This document shows, piece after piece, positions 50,917-64,000 of a stretch of 64,000 nt of DNA. The translations under genes were made by a program, and so were the position numbers. The stretch lies in assembly GCF_009914755.1 (NCBI RefSeq), contig NC_060934.1, one strand, 5' to 3'. The notes beneath the pieces are model-generated. The model was not told the DNA's origin and searched no databases. It saw nothing but the letters and a program-made list of their open reading frames with translations. This DNA comes from the human T2T-CHM13v2.0 reference genome, Homo sapiens. How positions within the stretch are numbered: the first letter of the stretch is position 1; the number at the start of each line of letters is the position of its first letter.

Positions 50917-51461
50917 TGTAGCCAGGTGTATGGCCCCCGCCAAGGAAATTCCACGCCCTAATTTCTGGGACTGTCAATATGCTATGGTGCCCCGAACATG
51001 TTACTTTAATGGGGCAAAAGGGACTTTGCAGATGTAATCAGTTGAACTTCAAATAGGGAGATTATCCTGGATTATCTGGGTGGGCCCAATATATTATGTT
51101 GTTGTGTTATACTGGCCCACCCAGATAAGGCAGAGGCAGAAGAGGAAATCAGAGAAATTCAAAACGCAAGAAGGCTTGCATGTGCCACTGCTAGCTTGAG
51201 AATGGCAGAGTCCACACGAGAAGGAACACAGTGCACAGAATTGAATTCTGCCAAGAATTGCCATGAGCCTAGAAGTAGCTTCTCCCCAGAGCCTTCAGAT
51301 CAAAGCCCAGCACAGTCAACACCTTGATTTCAGCCTGGGAGACCCTCAGCCACCTATCCAGCCCAGCTGTCTGGACTTCTAACCTACAGAATTATAAATG
51401 AGTGTTGTTTGAAGCCACTAAACCTGTGGTAATTTGTTACAGAGCAAGAGGAAATGAACAT
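50917..51461 (+). mobile_element. MLT1D/E LTR
   Basis: ggcaaaagggactttgcagatgtaat...gattatcctggattatc...gtaatttgttacag. Confidence 0.82.
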
Positions 51462-51946
51462 GTCCCCCTGGGCTGCAGTTCTGGCTTGTTGCCTACTGGC
51501 AGGGGCCCTTTCTACAAGAGGATCCACTTCTCACAGATTCCAGCGTATGACCTTTCTCCCTCTCTTGGTAAAATCCTCCCTACTCCACCAACGCACAATG
51601 GTCTTCTCCTGGGCTCAGCATCCCCCAAGCTAGTATACTTCCCTCAAATGGGAGTTACTCCATTTTTAATAATACCCCAGGCTCCAGCAAGACATTCCAA
51701 GCCAGAACAGTCCAGAGTGGCCGCAGTCACACTTGGTCCTGTCCCCTTTGGGATCTTTCCATGAGTATGGGCCCCAACACACTTCGTTATTCTTACAGTT
51801 GTCTCCTACGCTCACTCCAGCCAGGCTCTGCCCTCACCTGCTCTGCACGTCATTTAAACTACAGCCTCTTGGTTGCAGAACCAATGGTCAACTCAGTCTT
51901 CATCTCACTTGGCCTATCCGCAGTGTTTCACCCAATAGATCCTTGA

Positions 51947-52381
<435 letters not shown>

Positions 52382-52821
52382 TGAGAGTCCTTTTATGCCT
52401 AGAACACCATCCACACACAGGTCACTCCCCAAAGAACATCTCCAGCCAGCCAGCCTCTACCCAGGGCTCAGTTGCCACTCCAGCCTGTCCTTGTGGATGG
52501 TCAACTTGACATCGCAAGCTTACCACGACCAAGACCAGACTCCTCATCTCCCCACCAATGACACCTACTGTACTCCCAGCCTTACTTTTCTCAGTGAATG
52601 TACCCTTCATCCTTCTGGTTGTTCAGGTCCAAAACCTCGGCCTTGAACTTGACTCCTCTCCCCACACCCTGCCTCCAAACGCATCAGCAAATTCTGTGTG
52701 TGCTGCCCGCAAGACATAGCAGCACCCTTACCATATGCACCACCACCACCACCTCCGGCTTCTTGCCAACATCCTGTTCCAAGCCTCCATAATCTCTCAC
52801 TTGGATAGTTACAATAGCCTC

Positions 52822-53113
52822 TTTTTTTTTTTTTTTTTTTTTTTGAGTCTTACTCTGTCTCCTAGGCTGGAGTGCAGTGGATCGATCTGCAACCTCTGCC
52901 CCCCGGGTTCAAGCAATTCTCCTGCCTCAACTTCTTGAGTAGCTGGGATTACAGGTGCCTGTCACCACGGCTGGCTCATTTTTTTTTAATTTTTAGTAGA
53001 GTCAGGGCTTTGCCATGTTGGCAAGGCTGGTCTCGAACTCCTGACCTCAAGTGATCACTCACCTTGGCCTCCCAAAGTGTTATGATTACAGGCATGAGTC
53101 ACCATACCCAGTC
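52822..53113 (-). mobile_element. Alu (AluS)
   Basis: Antisense dimer with poly(T). Confidence 0.93.
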
Positions 53114-53116
53114 CTC

Positions 53117-53442
53117 CTTTTTAAATTTAATTTTTTATTGCAGTAAAATAAATAACATAAGATTTACAATTTTAGCCATTTTGAAGTATACGGTTCAGTG
53201 GCATTAAGTACATTCACAGTGTTGGGCAAACATCACTCCTATTTCTAGTACTTTCTCATCTTTTCAAACAGAAACTCTGTACCCATTAAACATTAACCTC
53301 CCATTCTCCCCTCCCCATGCCCTGGTAAGATGCTTCTGCTTTCTGTCTCCATGGATTGGCCTGTTGTGGGTACATACCTCATATAAATGGAATCGTGCAA
53401 TAGTTGCCCTTTTGTGTCTGGCTAATTTCCCTTAGCAAAATG
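53117..53442 (-). mobile_element. L1MB 3' end
   Basis: ttcagtggcattaagtacattcaca...gaaactctgtacccattaaaca; outer TSD caa(t/c)agcctctt. Confidence 0.85.
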
Positions 53443-54152
53443 TGCAACAGCCTCTTGACTGGTCTCCCTGCTTCCTTCCACCTTTTCCCTCCTAAGTTCA
53501 TTTTCAAGAAAACTGCCAGAGCAATCCTTTGAAAATGCAGGTCAGAACTTCTCACTGCTCTGCCCACATCCGCCAGTGGCTTCTCATCTCCCTCAGAGTA
53601 AAATGCAGTCTACAGTATCAGGAACTCATCTTCTGCTCTGCTGCCCCTGCTCCCTTGTTTTATCCGCAGGGCCTCCTTGCATCACTCAAACACACAGGAT
53701 GCATGCTCACCTCAGGGCCTTTGCATGGGCAGCGCCCTCTGCCTGGGACTCCCTGTCTTCCTCTAGATGGCGACATGACTTAATCTCACCTGCTACCCTC
53801 TGCTCAGTTGGCACCTGGGTGACACCTGCCCCCACCCCACTCCTTATTTCCTTTTCCCACTTAATTTTTTTCTAAGCACTCATCATTTGGAAAGTATATA
53901 ACATGCTACGTCATGTACTTGTTTTGTTTATTGAGGATCTCCTCTTAAATTCTAGTAAGTCCTCCATAAAGACAGGGATTTTGCCTGACATATTCACTGC
54001 TGTATCCCAGAGCCCAGAACTGTGCCTGGCACACAGTAGGCACACAATAAGTATTTGTTGGCTGAGTTACTGAATGTATGGGAAGCTGTTGGTATGAACT
54101 TAGGATGAACGGTTCTCTAGCCCTAGCTACACGGTGCCATCACCTAGGAAAA

Positions 54153-54282
54153 TTGTTGTTATGTAGAGATGGAGTCTGGATATGTTACCCAGGTTGGTCT
54201 CGAACTCCTGGGCTCAACTGATCCTGCCATCTCAGCCTCCCAAAATGCTGGGATTATAGGCATGAGCCTTCATGTCCAGTCA
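54153..54282 (-). mobile_element. Alu monomer (FLAM)
   Basis: gtagagatggagtct...ctgggattatagg. Confidence 0.85.
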
Positions 54283-54310
54283 AGGGAATTTTTTTTTTTA
54301 ACTGACTTCA

Positions 54311-54474
54311 GGCCAGGCGTGGTGGCTCATGCCTGTAATCTCAACATTTTGGAACGCCAAGGCAGGAGGATTGCTTGAGCCAGGGAGGTCAAGGCTTCAG
54401 TGAGCTGTGATCATACCACTGCACTGCAGCCTGTGACAGAGTGTGACCCTGTCTCGAAACAAAACAAAACAAAA
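54311..54474 (+). mobile_element. Alu monomer/partial (FRAM-like)
   Basis: ggccaggcgtggtggc...(AAAAC)n tail. Confidence 0.85.
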
Positions 54475-54959
54475 CCCTGACCTCTAGGACAACAATAACA
54501 AATAGAATATCTGGTGATGAGGTCTGAACATCAGTATCTTTTTCTTTACATTTCCTAGGTTATTTTAATGTGCAGCTTGCATTGAAAATCAGGGTTTTAC
54601 CCAAACACATCTCTAATGACAAATATTAATTCTCAGAAGTAATATGTGTAAACCCACAATGAGGAAGTGACATTTTCGTAACAGCCCCCATAATTTACAG
54701 TATTGCCTTTCACAGTGGAGCAGGCCACACATTCTGTTTCCTCCCCACTCCATGTCAATCAAGCTCCTATACCTGCTATAAATCAAGAACAGGCCTAGTG
54801 ACTACTGGATTAGATGCAGCCAGACTAGGATATTCTGCTAAAATGTAGAAGTACTTCTTTGTAAGGGTCAGAGTAACTTGAGAGTCAGTGGTCATCTTCC
54901 CTCCAGGCCTCTGTCCAAAAGTGGCATTGAGCAGGGAAGTAGTCTTGTTCTTCTAGTTC

Positions 54960-55140
54960 CTTAATTTAATTTTTAAAACAACTGTACAAGGTAGCCGATC
55001 ATCTCAATTTGCTGATGGGAAAAAAAGGCTCAGCAAGATAAACTCACCAGGGTCATACACGAATAAATGTCAGGATTGGAGACACTAACTCAGATTGTTG
55101 GACTCCAGAGCTCGTTATATTTTAACCACCATGCCCTTGG
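54960..55140 (-). mobile_element. MIR
   Basis: aacaactgtacaaggtag...ggctcag...gactccagagctc. Confidence 0.55.
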
Positions 55141-55313
55141 CCTCTGGAGCACGGGGCAGCAGATGATATGCGGTTGGGTTCCCGGGAGCCCACGCTGAAA
55201 CTGGAGGGACCACATGGCCTAATCACTCACCTTCTAGAAGTCTTTTGTTTGCAGACCAGTTCAAGCTCTAACCCAGAGAGATCAGCCAGGAAGAGGATCA
55301 AAAGCAAGAGGCG

Positions 55314-55872
<559 letters not shown>

Positions 55873-56297
55873 ACTATCTTCTTCCACTTATTAAACTCAC
55901 AGGCCACAAGATGAAATAACACGTTATGAAGAAAACAGGGAGTGTTGGCTTCAGATCTTATCTCCGCATGTATTTTCTGGGATAACATTGACTGGGTCAC
56001 TAAATATTTTGGAAGAGATATAGGAAGAGGCAATGGCTGATGACCGAATATGAGGATGGTGCAAAGGTTATCTGTCCCCAGAGGAGCTTTGCACACAGGC
56101 ACAGGTGGCCTGTCTAAAGATGATCCTTGTGCAGTGCCATTCATGGTAGCAGAGTTTGGAGTAACCTATGTGTCCGTCAGTAGGGGAATGGGTAAGTAAA
56201 ATGTAGTATGGGCACGCAACGGAATACTATGTAGGTGACAAAAGGAATGAACTAGAATGATCTATAGCAACATGTTTGAAGGCAAAAACCTAATAGC

Positions 56298-56587
<290 letters not shown>

Positions 56588-56635
56588 CTTAATAGCAATG
56601 AATATAAAACTAAAATAAGATTTGTTATAGCATAA

Positions 56636-56869
<234 letters not shown>

Positions 56870-56974
56870 TAGAGGACAAGTATGGACATGGATTCAAAGC
56901 ACAATGGGCGATTTTGAGAAGAAAGGGAATGGAATTGAGGATGAGGCATAAAGGGGAAATGAAATATAATAAAA

Positions 56975-57230
56975 CTATAGCTAATGATAAAGGCTAACAC
57001 AGACAGTTAACTCTGTGCTGGGCACTTCTCTGGGTTGCGTTCATCAAAAAGTCATGTCATTTTCACTGTGAGGTAGGTAGTATTATTTCCCTGTTTTACA
57101 AAGAAGAGAACTAAGGCACAGAGAAGTTGAGTGACTTACAAAAGGCAGCACAGCTAGGAGCTGAGGGTGCTGAACTCTCAGAGCCAGGCAGTCTGGTTCC
57201 AGACTCTGCCCTGGGAACCATTACACCATC
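56975..57230 (-). mobile_element. MIR
   Basis: gtgaggtaggtagtattatt.ccctgttttaca..gaagagaactaaggcacagagaagtt. Confidence 0.75.
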
Positions 57231-57594
57231 CTGGGGAGAGAGGAAAAAAAAAAAAAGCATTGATTCAGCAACACATCCATTTTCTACTCTGGAGACGGAG
57301 TGGGCAGGTTTCTTTAAAGCAAGAAGGCAGACATCAGGGTAATGCAACTCGAATCTAGGTTTCCACAGCATGCCTGACAGATCCCACTTGCCCACACGGT
57401 GACTGCGGAATTCAAAGGCAAGGCTGTCCCTTCATCCTCAGAACAGTCAGACAGCCTCTGATCCCTTTAGGATCGAGTCTCTCCTTGTTCCTCCTTGGTG
57501 CACTGAGGTTGCAGGAGTGCATTAAACCTGGGTTTGCCATCTGATGGGAGTGGAGGATAATAATAGTAATTAATATCTATCCCCCATGCTTTCC

Positions 57595-57887
<293 letters not shown>

Positions 57888-58470
57888 CTATCCCTTCTTA
57901 GTACCTGGCACTATGTCACACACCTTTGACAAACATCATTTCATTCAGTCCTTATGGCAGCCCTCTGAGACAGACAAGGAAGTCCCATATTGCAAAGGCA
58001 AAAAAGCTCAGCCCTGCAGAGGCCAAGTGATCCATCCAAAGTTAATCAGCCATGAAATGGCAGAGCCAGGCCTCAGACTCCAAAAGCTGACCTGTCCTGC
58101 TGCCTGCCTGCCACCCACCGAGCCAGTGACCGACAAGCAGGTTGGCCAGGAGGGTCCCCTGGAGGCCTGCAGATGCCACCAGGATCCCTGCAGGGAAATC
58201 TGAGCAGGGACTAAGGAAAAGCTAGGCACAAGAGGACGTCTTTTCTTTGCAGCAGGAGAGTGTAAGCACAACGTTCGTGTTATAGGCCCTTCCACAGGCC
58301 ATGCGGTGATTTGCAGCATCAAATGGGGGGTTTGGGGGGAACTGCCTTAGAGCAGTTAGGGTGGGTTGTTCCATCACACTTATCCCAGGGTGCTTTTAAA
58401 AATCAGAGTCCTGGCCTCCACCCCAGACCTATTAAATCAGAATCTGTGGGAGGGCCACTGGTACCTCTAG

Positions 58471-59077
<607 letters not shown>

Positions 59078-59135
59078 TTGTATCTCTATTTTTGGCAAGC
59101 CCCCATGTAAGCCATTGGAACACTGAAGTTTTAAG

Positions 59136-59429
59136 GTTTTTTTTCTTTTTAAGACGTAGTCTCACCCTGCCGCCCAGCCTGGAGTGGAGTGGTGTGATCT
59201 TGGCTCACTGCAACCTCCACCTCCCGGGTTCAAGCAGTTCTCTGCCTCATCCTCCCGAGTAGCTGGGATTACATGCACATGCCACAACACCCAGCTAATT
59301 TTTGTGTTTTTAGTAGAGACGGGGTTTCACCATCTTGGCCAAGCCGGTCTTGAACTCCTCACCTCATGATCCACCTGCCTCAGCCTCCCAAAGTGCTGTG
59401 ATTACAGGCGTGAGCCACCGCACCCAGCC
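59136..59429 (-). mobile_element. Alu (AluS)
   Basis: Antisense dimer, acctcatgatcc. Confidence 0.93.
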
Positions 59430-59450
59430 AAAGTTGTAAGTCTTACTGGC

Positions 59451-59858
59451 TGTTACGGATTGAATTGTGTCTTCTCCTCCCCCTAAATCCATATGACGAA
59501 GTGCTAACCTCCAGTCCCTCAGAACCTGCGGTTATTTGGGGATAGGGTCTGTAAAGAGATAATCAAGTTAAAATGAGGTCATTAGAGTGGCTTGGATCCA
59601 ACATGACTGGTGTCCTTATGAAAAAGGGAACATCTGGACACAAAGACACGCACAGAAGGAAGACCATGAGAAGAGACAAAGGGAGAAGACGGCCATTTAC
59701 AAGCCGAGGAGAGAGGCCTAGAACGGGTCCTCTCCTCCCCGCGCTGCTGACCCCTTGACCTTGGACTTCTGGCCTCCAGAACTGAGAGACAATAAATTTC
59801 CATTGTTGAAGCCACTCGGCTTGTGGTATTTTGCTTTACAGCAGCCTGAGCTAAGATA
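59451..59858 (+). mobile_element. MLT1B-like solo LTR
   Basis: tgttacggattgaattgtgtc...ctaagata; 5-bp TSD CTGGC on both sides. Confidence 0.88.
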
Positions 59859-61189
59859 CTGGCTCTGCAGAGAGAAGGATCTCGGTGGTCTGTCTGTCTC
59901 ACTACCACGGGGCTGCAGGGCCAGGGCACCCAGAATCTTCTGAGCTGCAAAGCCCAGATAGGAATTAGGATCCACTTTCCAGCAAACATGGGAAGAAGCA
60001 GCTCACACAAAGTTCTTCGAGTGAAGTAATCTGAGAACAGCAGAAAAACCAGCCGGGGTGACACAGTGTCTGTTTTCTGGGGCAGAGAGGAACAAATGGG
60101 ACAAAAAGGTCTGGCCTGAGGAGCCAAAAAAAAAGTGGGAGAGAGAGAGAAAGATTAAAAGTCAGAAAAAAAGGAGAAAAGATTAAAAGGCAAAAAAAAA
60201 AAAAAAAAAAAAGCAGGGGGAGAACCTGGGATCCCGGGAGATGATAGTTTTCATTCATCATTTGTTCGTAACTTACTGGCTGGCTCTAGTGGGTCTTCTT
60301 TTCTCTACTTGCAGGAGTTTCAAAAACAAGACCCTTTGTTGGTATCCTGAGTGAGCGTGTTACTTTATAAAATCAGTGCGCCTCTGAAGGGTTCCTGTAT
60401 TCCGGCACGTGTCCTCTTGGTTCTCCAAGATTCCAGGCTGCTGTCCCCGCTCTGTGCCCCTAGAACGGGGCAGGGGTTGCAGGAAAGTGATGCCAGCCAC
60501 TTAATGAGCCGCCTTCTGGCCTCTCCAGTGACCTCAAGAGCCCTTTGTCCCCTCCACAGAGGCCTTGAGGCTCCAGGCCCTGGAAGTCCTGCCTTTGAAA
60601 GGAGAGAGCAACTGCAGTGTGGGGTGCTGTCTCCAGGTTTCCCGCCGGGCTCAGGGCAGGAGCCCCGAGTCCCCTGCCCTTAGTACATAACCCTTAGTCA
60701 ATGGCAGCTGGTGAGTAACTGTGTATTGATGGGCGGACCCCGTGAATACATGGCTTCTAACTGGGTCACCTAAGGCTTTAGAATGGCAGCCACACTGCAT
60801 TTTTCTACCCCACCCTCCACGAGCTGTGTTATTTCCCTTCCAGACTAAAAATTCCCCTGTTTACAATTAGATCTACTTCCCTCTCTCCCTACCCTAAGAA
60901 ATGGAAGAGCATTCGCATGAAATCCTAGCCTGCCGCAGCTGGAGGGATTCTTAGCTATCTTACTGTTGTCTATCTACCCCTAATTTTATTGATAAGAAAA
61001 ACAAGGCTCAAAAAATGCAGCTCCATTGTCACCCAGACAATCAGTGACACTCTCAAGTCCCTGCAGAGGTTTTTCTATGACACCAAAGCCAAATTCTAGT
61101 CCCCCAACAGTCTGGAGACTTGGAAGGGGTATGAGGAAAGGGTTTCTTGGTTAGATTAATTTTCAAAACAGAGCAGAGACTCCAAGCAC

Positions 61190-61560
61190 TTTCCTTTTCT
61201 GGGCCTTTGCACGCACTGTCCCCCTGCCTGAAATCCTCCAAACCCATGCCTCTTTCACTTAGGAAACATCGTTCTCTTCTTCAGATCTGAACTTGAACAT
61301 CATTTCCCCAGAAAAGCCATTTCTGATTCCCCAGACTTGAGCAGGACCTAATGATGAATGTTCCCTCAACACCCGCTTTCTCTTTTGGAGCACGTGTAAT
61401 TGCATCATTAGTGGGTACTTAGTCATTTAATGTCCATCTGCTGCTAACTTATAAACTCCAGGCAGGAGCCATGTCTTTCCCATGCTTCTGTTCCCAGCAC
61501 CCCAAGAGTACCATGCATACAGCCGGCAGTCCATCAATGCATGCTGATTTGATGGCTGAA
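61190..61560 (+). mobile_element. L2 3' fragment
   Basis: gggcctttgcac.cactgtcccc..tgcctg...tataaactcca. Confidence 0.6.
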
Positions 61561-61596
61561 CTTGCATATTAAGGACTGAAAGAAGTTCTGCAAGAG

Positions 61597-61730
61597 GGCT
61601 GTGCTGGTGGCCTACGCCTGTGATCCTGGTGCTTTGGGAAGCTGAGACAGGAGGATGGCTTGAGGCCAGGAGTTCAACACTGCAGTAAGCCATGATTGCA
61701 CCACTGCAAGACCCTGTCTCAAAAAAAAAA
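61597..61730 (+). mobile_element. Alu monomer/partial
   Basis: Deleted Alu with poly(A). Confidence 0.8.
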
Positions 61731-61811
61731 TGCAATAAAAAACCTATGTAACTTTGCTTTAATTTCACATATCCCAGACTTACACTTCCCAGACTTACTA
61801 ATACACTTTTT

Positions 61812-62468
<657 letters not shown>

Positions 62469-62775
62469 CTTTTCCTGAGAAACAATGACAGTCTGAGGAG
62501 CTAGATCTATTCATATAACAAGGACACGCTTTGGAAAATGCTGTGCTGGACGAGTTGCAGACTGCCAAAAAATAAACAAAAGCAAAACACAAACACTGCT
62601 GGCGCTCCCTGTCCCTCATCCCAGAGAGCACTGCACGTGGCTTCTGCACCAGAGTTGGAAACAAATTCGAACCACAGTTCCCATGGCCACCCGAGAAAAG
62701 AAAGTGCAGGGCCTTCCTTCCCTGATCTGGATTCTCAGATCACTTAGATCTGCAGAATTTTAGGACTCAACAATC

Positions 62776-62921
62776 AGGTGGTCACAGAAACAGAGATGTG
62801 CAGAATCTCCAATTTCAGAGGCAGCTGCCAGACATGGACATACCAGGGCAGGTCCGGCCCTGTGCGGCCAGTAGGAGGTGCTCCTCCTGATGTGTGCATA
62901 TGGTCACAACTCATTTTATTT
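62776..62921 (+). repeat. Local duplication, copy 2 (paralog at 47319-47476)
   Basis: Shares aggtggtcacagaaacagagatg...gggcaggtccggccctgtgc..ccagtagga...catatggtc. Confidence 0.92.
62864..62883 (+). promoter_or_regulatory. CTCF-like motif GCGGCCAGTAGGAGGTGCTC
   Basis: 12/14 match to CCASYAGRKGGCRS; motif only. Confidence 0.45.
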
Positions 62922-63065
62922 GTTCATTTATTTTTATTTTTTATTTTTTTACAGACAGGATCTAGCCTTACTCTGTCACCCAGGCTGAAATTCAGTGGTG
63001 TGATCATAGCTCACTGCAGCCTCAAATTCCTGGGTTCAAGCCGTCCTCCTGCCTCAGCCTCCCTG
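62922..63065 (-). mobile_element. AluJ right-arm fragment
   Basis: T-rich tail, gatcatagctcactgcagcctc; truncated. Confidence 0.85.
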
Positions 63066-64000
63066 GGTTCCTGCAGCTCTTCCAAAGAGGGCAGACAGTG
63101 AAATTACCATTGATCATGAATTCCTTAAGGCCAGGGCAGGGTCAGGCTCTCAATCAGCATGGAGGAGGAAGGGAGATATTTGAAGTAATCATGAGAGTTT
63201 GAGGAAACCAAGGGCCCACAAAGAGACAGTATCGGGGCACCAGACAGTGCCTGAATGATTCGCTTATGCATGGGAGATGAAACAAAGCCAAGGAGTAGGG
63301 CTCAGGGTGGGACCAGCCTGCGGCAACATGAAACTGGGAGGAACAAGGCAGAGCAGGGAGGAGAGCCAGAAGGAATACCCATCTCCGGCATCGCCTAGGA
63401 AACCAGAACCTGCTGGAGGGCCAGGGGGACCTGGGAAGCACCAGCTGCTTCTTGGCTGGCAGGCGGTTTGTCTGTCCAATATCTTTGCTGGCTCCAGCTG
63501 CAGCACCTGGACCAGGGGCAGAGCCTGAAGGAAGCTCATCGAAGACAGCTGTCCAAGAAGTGGAAAGTGGACCAAGGGTGAACACCCCGCACACGGGGAG
63601 GGGGCGGAGGAAGACGGCTGGCTGGCTCTGTAAATAAAGGAGCCATCTGTGACCTTTGGAAGCAGAAGACTTGCTGCTGCTGAGCGTGGAAACAGGAAGG
63701 ACATTGAGGAAGGGCAGAGAGGTGACAAGCATGGCCAATGCCATTCGCTCCGGCTGCAAAGGAAGAAGAGAAAAGGGCAGACGGCAGAGGGACAGCGGGT
63801 TCAAGTTCAGATTGTTTTCATATTAGGGAGATGCTCAAGGTTCTCCAGACAAATTGTATGGACCCACCAGGTTTCTTGCAGGTCCTGCTGTATGACCCAA
63901 ATGTGAGGTGGGATGGAGGAGTCTCACACAATGACCTTACAGTTGATGAGTAACCATTCATAATAATAGCAAAACAATACTTCAGTCATATTTTAAATTG

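Noticed and set aside
63154-63804. 216-aa minus-strand ORF, the longest non-Alu ORF
   Set aside because: Leu/Pro/Ser-rich composition typical of GC-rich non-coding DNA; no homology I can recognise.

Overview
Primate (human-like) non-coding DNA, either intergenic or within a large intron. I find no credible protein-coding exon, RNA gene, pseudogene or CRISPR array, and I could not identify the locus. The ORF track is explained by Alu read-through, simple repeats, one decayed L1 ORF1 remnant and chance. About 65 Alu copies or fragments cover roughly a quarter of the window. Also present are old L1M/L2/MIR fragments, MaLR LTRs (MST/MLT1/THE1), a MER61-like ERV1 solo LTR, an internally deleted Tigger1, MER58/MER91/MER5 DNA elements, a 5'-inverted L1P and several purine/pyrimidine tracts. 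Unique islands between repeats carry enhancer-type motifs (IRF/ISRE, STAT, NF-kB, RUNX/ETS/CEBP, AP-1, CTCF-like). I see no new gene system. The most notable structures are: a ~150-bp non-repeat module duplicated 15.5 kb apart with a CTCF-like core and an Alu-linked edge; a 65-bp templated insertion; a candidate ancient L1 3' transduction; and a MER61-like LTR with a broken p53 site next to a motif-rich island. Repeat subfamily names and many boundaries were assigned by eye from recalled consensus sequences and are approximate.
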